DNA of 32,971 bases from Oligoflexales bacterium (lineage in GTDB: Bacteria; Bdellovibrionota_B; Oligoflexia; Oligoflexales; RGVZ01), in the NCBI GenBank assembly GCA_044236265.1, contig JBIIGV010000019.1, positions 1-32,971 on the forward strand, in the 5' to 3' direction. The notes beneath the pieces are model-generated. The model was not told the DNA's origin and did no database searches. It saw only the letters and a list, made by a program, of their open reading frames with translations. The stretch's first letter is position 1; each line of letters opens with the position of its first letter. A program made the translations under genes and the position numbers. Below are positions 25,479-32,971 of the stretch, one piece after another.

Positions 25479-26666
25479 ATGAGCGTTAGCGGCAAAATTC
25501 AAGCGCAACTTGGCCCCATGACCACGCCAAACTCTATTGAATTTAATCAGCTAAACGTAGCTGGCGACGGCAAGGCTCTTGACCGAGATGCGGAACAACA
25601 ACTCGAATTTCATAAGCTACTGCAGAATTCAAATGCCGATCTTGCTCGCGAGCGGGCCGCAAAAAAAACAGGCGACCTAAGCTCAGCCAAGACTGACGAA
25701 GAATTTCGTAAAATGCTCTCTGAAAAGGCCAATCCCAAGCGAACCCCAAAAAATCAGCTTGGAAAAGACGACTTCATGAAGCTTTTTATCGCGCAAATGC
25801 AGTCGCAAGATCCTCTGAGCCCTCAGGACTCGTCACAAATGGCTGCTCAGATGGCGCAGTTCAACAGCCTTGAACAGATGATGAACGTCAATAAGACCCT
25901 GGAAAACATGCTTCAAAGCCAAACGACCGACCGCGCCATCTCCATGGTCAATTATGTTGGCAAGGAAGTTGACGTCGGAACGGGCATGCTTAAATGGGAC
26001 AAAAACAAGATGACTAAGACGACTTTTGAAGTCGACCAACCTCTGGCCAACGCCTTTGTGGAAGTTCGTGACGGATCAGGACAAGTGATCGCAAGCAAAG
26101 AGCTGGGTAACCTGATGCCAGGTGAGCATCGCCTCAAGTGGGACGGAGTTTTGAAGAGCGGAATTAGCGCTAATCCTGGCATTTATCATTTCTCAGTGGT
26201 TGGAAAATCTGTCGAGGGACAAGATGTTCCGATTCCGATCAAAAGCAAAGTCAAAATCACCGGTGTCGATCTGCAGTCCCAGGGTGGGGCATTCTTCACA
26301 GAGCTTGGCAAACTGGCCATCAAGGACGTGGCAAGTGTTGGTATGCAGGGCTTTGACGACAATAAGCCACTTATGCAGACAGTTGAAGCACCCGCAGCTA
26401 GCGCACCAGTAGCCGCGCAAAATAATGGCGAAGGGCAAAATAACGGTAGCCAACCTGGAGAAGGAGCACCTACGCAGGGTGAAGGCATCATACCTCCTGT
26501 AACCAGCAACTTGCAGCCCAACGAAAATACTTTAATCGATCCATCAGCGGCAGCAGCTGCCGCGCTGGGTAGCAATGAGCAGCCAATAATCCCTGAAGAA
26601 GCGCCGACCCAGCCTGATTCAGGTCCAGCTGGTCCGAATATCCCCGTAAACTTCGCTGGAAGATGA
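25479..26666 (+). CDS. flgD: Flagellar hook capping protein FlgD
   Basis: LGKDDFMKLFIAQMQSQDPLSP...AQMAQFNSLEQM, YVGKEV, and the FlgD Ig domain (GEHRLKWDG...PGIYHF). Confidence 0.95.
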   Translation: MSVSGKIQAQLGPMTTPNSIEFNQLNVAGDGKALDRDAEQQLEFHKLLQNSNADLARERAAKKTGDLSSAKTDEEFRKMLSEKANPKRTPKNQLGKDDFMKLFIAQMQSQDPLSPQDSSQMAAQMAQFNSLEQMMNVNKTLENMLQSQTTDRAISMVNYVGKEVDVGTGMLKWDKNKMTKTTFEVDQPLANAFVEVRDGSGQVIASKELGNLMPGEHRLKWDGVLKSGISANPGIYHFSVVGKSVEGQDVPIPIKSKVKITGVDLQSQGGAFFTELGKLAIKDVASVGMQGFDDNKPLMQTVEAPAASAPVAAQNNGEGQNNGSQPGEGAPTQGEGIIPPVTSNLQPNENTLIDPSAAAAAALGSNEQPIIPEEAPTQPDSGPAGPNIPVNFAGR

Positions 26667-26667
26667 T

Positions 26668-27198
26668 GTGAAATCCTCTACGATACGAAAACTTACTAAA
26701 TCACTAATGGTTGTTTTGTCGTCTAGCGTCATAACGCATGGAGCGTTTGCTGAGACGGTACGAGGAGAAATTGCGACCTTTGGTAGTCCAGATGTCAGGA
26801 AGACCATTATCAGACCAGAGTCAGGTGGGACTGCGGTCGTACTATGCCCAGGTCACAGAGTCTTTGAGCTGATCCAGCTTGCTGGAACCATTACATCCGT
26901 AAACGGCAACATGAAAACCCTAAAAAACTCAAACGAGCCCTGTCTTACGGCCGAGTCCTTCGAGATTCACGATATAGCCAAGGGTCGTCCTGCTATTGTT
27001 GGCACTCTTAAAATGATTGAGAAGGGCGTCTATGCCATCGTCAATTCCGAGGGCAAAACATGGAGGCTGTCGAAACTCCCTCCGAGCTTAAAAGATTATC
27101 TAAATCTGACGTTGGTTCTTGATTTAGTTGCCAACAGTGCGGCGACCCGAGAAACCAACTGGCTCGTGGCACGCGCTTTCATGATGCCTGTTCCGTAA
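26668..27198 (+). CDS. Secreted hypothetical protein, co-oriented with flgD
   Basis: Starts 1 nt after the flgD stop. Signal peptide ending AFA. Beta-rich with two Cys. Confidence 0.7.
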   Translation: MKSSTIRKLTKSLMVVLSSSVITHGAFAETVRGEIATFGSPDVRKTIIRPESGGTAVVLCPGHRVFELIQLAGTITSVNGNMKTLKNSNEPCLTAESFEIHDIAKGRPAIVGTLKMIEKGVYAIVNSEGKTWRLSKLPPSLKDYLNLTLVLDLVANSAATRETNWLVARAFMMPVP

Positions 27199-27213
27199 AG
27201 GCCATCATATCAA

Positions 27214-28746
27214 TCATTCAGCCGCAACATCAAAACTGCTCTCTGAAAGAGCGGCGACCGTCATCTCACCTTGGCGGAAGTTCACAGTAAGTCCATAGCG
27301 ATCGACAATTTCCTGAAACCAATCACGCTCTTCCTCTAAAATCCAATCGCGAATATCTTCACGCACTCGAACCTGCAAAAGTGTGCGCCCCGTTTGATTA
27401 TGGACCCTAACAATCTCACGCAGTAAGTCGTGAGCTTCAGTAATCACACTTTTCACTTTGCCTCGACCATCACACATAGGGCAGTCGTCTAACAGTAACT
27501 GCTCTAGGGATTCGGCTGTGCGCTTGCGCGTCATTTGAACGAGGCCAAGCTCACTAATTCTCAAAACATTTGTCTTGGCACGATCCGTTTTTAACTCTTC
27601 AGTCAGTGCATTAAATACCGTCTCACGATCTGCGGGATTTTCCATATCGATGAAATCGATAATGATAATGCCACCAATATTGCGTAGCCTCAGCTGAGAC
27701 ACGACCTTTTTAACGGCTTCCAGATTTGTCTTCAGAACTGTCTCAGCGGCACTCGAGCGCCCAACATAGCGACCAGTATTTACGTCAAAAGACGTCAATG
27801 CTTCCGTTTGATCAATGACAATATAACCACCACTGGGCAGATCGACTTTCTTGCTGAGCGCGCGACCGATGTCCATTTCTATACCGTAAACATCAAATAT
27901 CGGCGTCGCACCTGAATAGAGCTCAATACGAGACTCCGCCCCCGGCGACGTCACAGCCAGAAAGCTTTTGATCTTAAGTAGGAGTTTTTCATCATCAATG
28001 ACCACCTTACCGATGTCATCCGTGAATTGCTCGCGAATCACTCGCTGCGTCACGTCAAGATCTCTATGAATCAGTGACGGAGCTGCTGACGCCTGGTAAC
28101 GGTCTTGAACCTCGCGCCAAATGGACATCAAATAGTCCATCTCCTTGGCTAAAACCTCTCCAGAAACACCCTTTGCCGCAGTTCTGACAATAATGGCCAT
28201 GTTGTCAGGCTTAATTGGCTCAAAGATTTCTTTAAGTCTCTGCCGCTCATCTGGATCTTCAATTTTTTTGGAAACACCTATGTGATTGAAGTAGGGGGAA
28301 AGCACAATATGACGTCCCGGGAAGGTGACAAACATACTAAGCCGTGCACCCTTACTTCCAATTGGCTCTTTAGCAACCTGAACAAGAATATCCTGACCAT
28401 CACGCACAAGCTTTTCGATGGCAATTTTATTCCACTTCAGTTTTTTCTCAATTTCTTCGTGACTAAGGTCATCAATAGTATCTTTTAGCAGCGCGCGACT
28501 TTGCGCGATAAAATCATCACTTAATACGTCTGATACATACAGAAAGCCGCTGCGAACCTCACCGATATCAACAAAGGCTGACTGCATCCCCGGAAGCACA
28601 CGCAAAACTGAACCTTTGTAGATATTGCCAACCAGACCACGGTCACCGTGACGTTCTACAAAGAGCTCCGCCACCTGCTCTTTTTCCACAACGGCAATTC
28701 TGGTCTCGGCAACACAATGATTTACGATGATTTGTTTCTCAATCAT
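27214..28746 (-). CDS. rng: Ribonuclease G / short RNase E (Rne/Rng family)
   Basis: S1 region GNIYKG..RVLPGMQSAFVDIG, catalytic DVNTG and GGIIIIDFIDM, Zn-link CPMCDGRG. There is no long C-terminal scaffold. Confidence 0.93.
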   Translation of the reverse strand: MIEKQIIVNHCVAETRIAVVEKEQVAELFVERHGDRGLVGNIYKGSVLRVLPGMQSAFVDIGEVRSGFLYVSDVLSDDFIAQSRALLKDTIDDLSHEEIEKKLKWNKIAIEKLVRDGQDILVQVAKEPIGSKGARLSMFVTFPGRHIVLSPYFNHIGVSKKIEDPDERQRLKEIFEPIKPDNMAIIVRTAAKGVSGEVLAKEMDYLMSIWREVQDRYQASAAPSLIHRDLDVTQRVIREQFTDDIGKVVIDDEKLLLKIKSFLAVTSPGAESRIELYSGATPIFDVYGIEMDIGRALSKKVDLPSGGYIVIDQTEALTSFDVNTGRYVGRSSAAETVLKTNLEAVKKVVSQLRLRNIGGIIIIDFIDMENPADRETVFNALTEELKTDRAKTNVLRISELGLVQMTRKRTAESLEQLLLDDCPMCDGRGKVKSVITEAHDLLREIVRVHNQTGRTLLQVRVREDIRDWILEEERDWFQEIVDRYGLTVNFRQGEMTVAALSESSFDVAAE

Positions 28747-30095
28747 TTTGACACCGAAAAACCAAGAATGGGTTGATCTAAAATTCGCAAGATTTTATCT
28801 GATGCTCCGGCCATAGACTCAGCAAATTGCTGGGTCTTCTGCCCCCTGTCTTGTAGTTCAGAAAAGAGACGAAGCCAATGCTTTCTGATGGCTTCTGGGT
28901 CATTTGAGTGAAATAAAACTCCAGCATGATTCATCGCAACAGCTTCTTGACTGTTTTTAAATTCCGGACCGCAGGAGACGGGTAGCCCCCAAGCTGCTGG
29001 CTCCAAAACATTATGGACCTTGGCATGCACCGCACCGCCGACCCAAGCAAAATCTGCAACGCCGTAAAGATCCGAAAGACGCCCCATCTCGTCAACCACG
29101 ATGACGCGCGGCTGAGCTTTAATAAACTTAAACTGTGACGATTCAAGCTCGCTAAGGAGATCACATGTTAAGCCAGCTTTGGTGACTGACTCGTAAATAT
29201 TTGCGACATTACCAGATGAAACATCGTGAGGCACAAGTAGCAGGCGAACACGCTCTAAGCCTGACTGCTTAAAAACATCCATCAAAAGCTCTACATCCGG
29301 AAGATGAACACTCCCTCCGATCAAAATCAGGTCGGTACCTTGAGGGCTCCAAACGTTCCTATAACGTTGTCGCATATCTCCTACAACTTGCTTCTGGGCC
29401 CGTGCCCGCTCCACAACGCGGTCGTACTTTGTATCGCCTGCAACTTGCAAACGCTCCGGTGGGATCAACAACCACTGTTCAAAAAACCTGGCATCTTCGG
29501 AGGACACAACACAAATTTGTTCCACTGACTTCAATAGCCAAGCTTTGATCGCCAGATTTAAATTTTCCTTCCATTTAGCCTGGCGCCCAAAAAGAGACGG
29601 GACGACGGCATCGATGATGACCACAGGACCCCATTGCGATGCGGCCCATGTAAATACTGGCCATACTTCATGTCGAATTACGATTGTCTTTGAAGGTCGC
29701 AACGCCGCAAACAGCGAGGTCCAAGCCCACACATGATCAGGGGGCGCTAAAGACCACGAGACGGAGTCCTTACGAGCATTGATGAATTTTGCACCGCTGA
29801 CACTAAAGAAAAACACGTGGCATAACACATTGGATCTGGATGAAAGACGATCAATCAGCGGCTTGGCCTGCTCGTACTCACCGGCGGAGCTACAGAAAAA
29901 GACAATGCAATCATCAAACCTCCGTCGGCGGCGGGCCAGCTCTAATGCATCCTCATGCGAGGACGGTCGCCCTTGAAGTTGCAGCTTCACCCTGTCACTA
30001 AAGATCGACACCACAAAGGATAGGGGCCACAAAAGACACCGAACCACGACGGAAAACAAGACCACAGCAATGATCCGCGATAGATCCATCATCAC
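28743..30095 (-). CDS. waaA: 3-deoxy-D-manno-octulosonic acid (Kdo) transferase, GT30
   Basis: N-terminal anchor, SSAGEYEQ, EVWP, GDTKYD, VDEMGRLSDLYGVAD, VGGA..HNVLEPAAWG. Confidence 0.88.
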   Translation of the reverse strand: MMMDLSRIIAVVLFSVVVRCLLWPLSFVVSIFSDRVKLQLQGRPSSHEDALELARRRRRFDDCIVFFCSSAGEYEQAKPLIDRLSSRSNVLCHVFFFSVSGAKFINARKDSVSWSLAPPDHVWAWTSLFAALRPSKTIVIRHEVWPVFTWAASQWGPVVIIDAVVPSLFGRQAKWKENLNLAIKAWLLKSVEQICVVSSEDARFFEQWLLIPPERLQVAGDTKYDRVVERARAQKQVVGDMRQRYRNVWSPQGTDLILIGGSVHLPDVELLMDVFKQSGLERVRLLLVPHDVSSGNVANIYESVTKAGLTCDLLSELESSQFKFIKAQPRVIVVDEMGRLSDLYGVADFAWVGGAVHAKVHNVLEPAAWGLPVSCGPEFKNSQEAVAMNHAGVLFHSNDPEAIRKHWLRLFSELQDRGQKTQQFAESMAGASDKILRILDQPILGFSVSK

Positions 30096-31207
30096 AAAAG
30101 GCCTCCCTGAAGGAGTATTGACTTCAGATGCCTTGCGACCGCAGGTGTATCAATTGAACTAAAACAAAGCTTATCTCCATAGCGGCACGAGCGTTTCCCA
30201 TGCTTGCTACACGGCCTACACCCAAGAGTTGAGGAGTATGCGGCACTTTGAGGCCCATGAGGCGCGAAACCAAATTCCTCAACAGTCGGCCCAAATAAGA
30301 CCGCAACGGGTTTTCCCAAGGCTTCAGCGATATGAGATAGCCCGCTATCATTTGTCAGTAGGCCTAATGTTTTGGAAATGGCAAGCGCCGTGTCATCCAA
30401 AGAAAGCTTCCCAGCCAGATTCAGAACTGGCCCTACCCAGTGAGTTTCATCCATCAATTCTACGGCCGCCTGGCGATCGTCAGGGCCGCCGATAAATACA
30501 ATTCCGGGCAATGCTTGATCTGTGGGCCAAAGGCGGCGAAGCTCAACCAGTATATCCTTTAGCACCTCGGCTGGAGCGCGCTTGGTCGGGAAAGACGCGC
30601 CGGCAGCAACACCAAGCCATCGTCCAAACTGCATTTCACGGCACCATGAACTATCTTGCGTTGACCAAGAGGAGACGTCTAGCCGTGGCTTTGCCGATGT
30701 AACCGCCTCGGGATTGCCGATACCGAGAGATTTTATGGCACTACCGACAGCATCCAGCATCATTTGATACTGCAGATCCCGCAAGTGACTCTTAGTGCTT
30801 CGGTAACGAAACAAACGTCCCCTGATCCAACTTTTCAGGACGAGCATCAGCCTAAAAGATCCTCTTTTGTCGGCAGAAAATACGGGGACCCCTGCTTGCT
30901 TAAGACGCCTGACCATCCAGCGGCTGCGGTGGTTTGTCTGTAAATCAATCACAGTACGGCATTGCTTGAGCGCGTCCATTACAGAGTTCATGGCCATGGA
31001 AGTGGCGTTAGAAGGAAGATCAACGACCGTCACGTTTGGCCAGCTTTTCTCAATGAGAGACAGCGTGGGTCGCCGCCCCACCCAAACAACTTCAGCCTTT
31101 GGGTCTATCTGCCTGATGTAGTCGAGACTTGCTGTCGCAAGCACAACATCACCGATGCTCGAAGTTCTGATGATTCCGATTTTCAACGGCTTTAACTCCT
31201 GACCCAT
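30092..31207 (-). CDS. GT9 ADP-heptose:LPS heptosyltransferase (WaaF/WaaC-like)
   Basis: SSIGDVVL, LNLAGKLSL, NDSGLSHIAEAL, LFGPT, CRPC...C...C. 4-nt overlap with waaA. Confidence 0.9.
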   Translation of the reverse strand: MGQELKPLKIGIIRTSSIGDVVLATASLDYIRQIDPKAEVVWVGRRPTLSLIEKSWPNVTVVDLPSNATSMAMNSVMDALKQCRTVIDLQTNHRSRWMVRRLKQAGVPVFSADKRGSFRLMLVLKSWIRGRLFRYRSTKSHLRDLQYQMMLDAVGSAIKSLGIGNPEAVTSAKPRLDVSSWSTQDSSWCREMQFGRWLGVAAGASFPTKRAPAEVLKDILVELRRLWPTDQALPGIVFIGGPDDRQAAVELMDETHWVGPVLNLAGKLSLDDTALAISKTLGLLTNDSGLSHIAEALGKPVAVLFGPTVEEFGFAPHGPQSAAYSSTLGCRPCSKHGKRSCRYGDKLCFSSIDTPAVARHLKSILLQGGLL

Positions 31208-31372
31208 TAGCCCCTAATTATGCGAATCTACTAAAATAAAAGCCTTTTCGCGAGTCTTCGCCAAAGCCTCCCTGCACGAAAAGTTGGCAGGCAAAGTTGC
31301 TTCACCCTGAGTGGCAGCGTAAAATATTAGTACGAGCCCCATAAATATCTTTAGATTCTGAGAGGTTGCCCG

Positions 31373-32422
31373 ATGGATCGCGCTGCCAACCAACCGGTAC
31401 AAAATGACCGCACTCGCTACCTAAATATTGTTTATTTTGTCGAGTCGGCGCGGAGCCACACGATTCGCATAAATCTGCGCTATGCTCGCTGGGCCATCGG
31501 TGCCGCAGCGATTTTGGTGGCATGGGCTGCAGGAAGCATATTTTGGATTGCTTCTTTGCGCTGGCAAGTTGAGGAAACTCGCGAGCGACTTGAGTCATCG
31601 TTAACTACAATTTTCGATTATCAGATCAAAAACGACAAAGTGTTTGAATTGGCTTACCCAGTAGACGCGACTAAAAGCTACTACTCCGAAGCCGCACAAC
31701 TTGCATCAAATAACCCGACCACAGAGACAAAAGTACAAACTCCAGCGGCAGACCTGACTAAGCCGGCCGTCAATACGCCTACAAGTGACATCAAGCCAGC
31801 TGGAAGCAGCGCAAAACCGGACTCAACTGCGACCGTGGCAAAAGTTGAAGCTAAACCCACCGAAGCTACCGTGAAATCAGACGTTCAGCCAAGCCAAGCT
31901 CCAGTTGCTAGCCAACCTGGGCTACTTGCATCTGCAGCAACCACACAAGCTCAGCCGGTCACTAAGATTGTCGACAATGCAGCAGCAAAACCTGCCGAGG
32001 TCGCTGGCTCACTTCTTGATATTTCCGGAACAAAGCTGGCTCGCATCGGCAACCGCATCGAACTTGTGTTCGACATCAATAACAGGCGCCCAGAGCGGGC
32101 TTCTGGTTATATTTGGGCTGTCGCAACTTTTTCCGGGCAAAATGGAAAAACTATGTACAGCGGAGCCCCGAATCACCTGCAGCTTGAATCGACTTCTGGA
32201 AAAATTAAATCATTCAAAAGTGGTTACCGCTTTGCGATTCAACGCTACAAGAAAAAAGATTTTGAATTCAAGACACCGGCGAGTAAAGACTGGAAGTTAA
32301 CCAAGGTCACGATTCACTTCACCGACATGAACAACAGCAAAGAGGATGTCATAAATGTTCCTGTCGAGCAGTTAGCATCGGGCCAGGGCTCTGAGGCACC
32401 GGCCACCGAGACTCCGCTTTAA
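31373..32422 (+). CDS. Hypothetical bitopic membrane protein (TM, coiled coil, A/P/T/K-rich linker, C-terminal beta domain)
   Basis: RBS GAGG. TM helix WAIGAAAILVAWAAGSIFWIA. Low-complexity central region. No family recognised. Confidence 0.7.
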   Translation: MDRAANQPVQNDRTRYLNIVYFVESARSHTIRINLRYARWAIGAAAILVAWAAGSIFWIASLRWQVEETRERLESSLTTIFDYQIKNDKVFELAYPVDATKSYYSEAAQLASNNPTTETKVQTPAADLTKPAVNTPTSDIKPAGSSAKPDSTATVAKVEAKPTEATVKSDVQPSQAPVASQPGLLASAATTQAQPVTKIVDNAAAKPAEVAGSLLDISGTKLARIGNRIELVFDINNRRPERASGYIWAVATFSGQNGKTMYSGAPNHLQLESTSGKIKSFKSGYRFAIQRYKKKDFEFKTPASKDWKLTKVTIHFTDMNNSKEDVINVPVEQLASGQGSEAPATETPL

Positions 32423-32469
32423 CTCCCTAATCGAGAAAACCAGTCGTTTTCTGACAGGATAACTGGCTC

Positions 32470-32971
32470 ATGGCAACTCTAAGATTCACAACATGCGGTT
32501 TGCTTCTATGTATGGTGATATCGACATGCAAAGAAACCAAATCCGACATCAGTGTTTCAATTAAAGCAAAGTCAGCAGAAGGCTTTCCTGTCGCCGGTGC
32601 GATCGTCTCTTTAGACGAGCAACAACTCGGTCAAACAAACGGGTTTGGAACCCTCGACACAACTATCAGAGTCAACGCTGGCGATCGTCATAAGATCACC
32701 ATCACCAAAGATGACGACAAGTATTACTTTGCCCCACATGTGGAGACATTTACGTCAGAACCTGGAGAGCAAAAAAGCCTCAAAGTTGACGCAATGATGT
32801 ACACAGTCCCAAAGCCAAAAATAAATAAAAAAAATGTCCAATCCGCCGAGACGTTGGGAGAATCAAACCAAAACGAGACAAAGATCGAAAGCTTGGCTTT
32901 ATCACAAGCTGTTCCTCTGCCCTTGCTAGAAATCACCAAACTTCTGGACTCAAAATCGTCAGATCTAAAGA
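32470..32971 (+). CDS. Putative lipoprotein with a PEGA / carboxypeptidase-regulatory-like beta-sandwich, 3'-truncated
   Basis: Missing from the ORF track because there is no stop in the window. My translation: MATLRFTTCGLLLCMVISTC|KETK...GFPVAGAIVSLDEQQLGQTNGFG...HKITITK. It has a lipobox-like ISTC and is open to the window end. Confidence 0.65.
   Translation, partial: MATLRFTTCGLLLCMVISTCKETKSDISVSIKAKSAEGFPVAGAIVSLDEQQLGQTNGFGTLDTTIRVNAGDRHKITITKDDDKYYFAPHVETFTSEPGEQKSLKVDAMMYTVPKPKINKKNVQSAETLGESNQNETKIESLALSQAVPLPLLEITKLLDSKSSDLK

Noticed and set aside
31285..31301. TGGCAGGCAAAGTTGCT as a fifth sigma54 promoter
   Set aside because: The GG-to-GC spacing is 11 nt, and sigma54 requires 10.
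1..32971. Mobile element, prophage, defence island, tRNA/rRNA or recoding signals; the many short nested ORFs in the track
   Set aside because: By eye I found no integrase, transposase, nuclease or RT motifs, no cloverleaf or rRNA sequence, no broken reading frames and no obvious compositional break. The short ORFs lie within or antisense to well-supported genes.

Overview
Gene-dense bacterial chromosomal window made mostly of housekeeping genes. It looks like a Gram-negative, flagellated organism; a Bdellovibrionota/Oligoflexia-like or deltaproteobacterial origin is my inference from gene style, not something the sequence proves. In order it contains: the 3' end of an outer-membrane beta-barrel gene, a membrane-anchored TPR protein with a degenerate cNMP domain, a small CxxH/CxxC protein, an RlmL-type rRNA methylase, dksA with an H1-like tail, mutS, comF, a CHASE2-PP2C phosphatase, the rplU-rpmA-obgE-nadD-rsfS-rlmH cluster, a Cys/Met PLP enzyme with an alpha/beta hydrolase, fhs, a divergent SIMPL / Spy-CpxP-like pair, an FAD oxidoreductase with a SAM methylase, fliK-flgD plus an unknown gene, waaF-like/waaA/rng, and two envelope proteins. 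I saw no rRNA, tRNA, CRISPR array, integrase, transposase, phage gene or defence system, and I cannot support a claim of a wholly new multi-gene system. The best leads are four sigma54-type (-24/-12) promoters (including a back-to-back pair), a probably Zn-free DksA with AKKAAP repeats, an oversized FliK/FlgD operon with an unknown gene where flgE usually sits, and a small putative Zn-binding protein behind a sigma54-type promoter.
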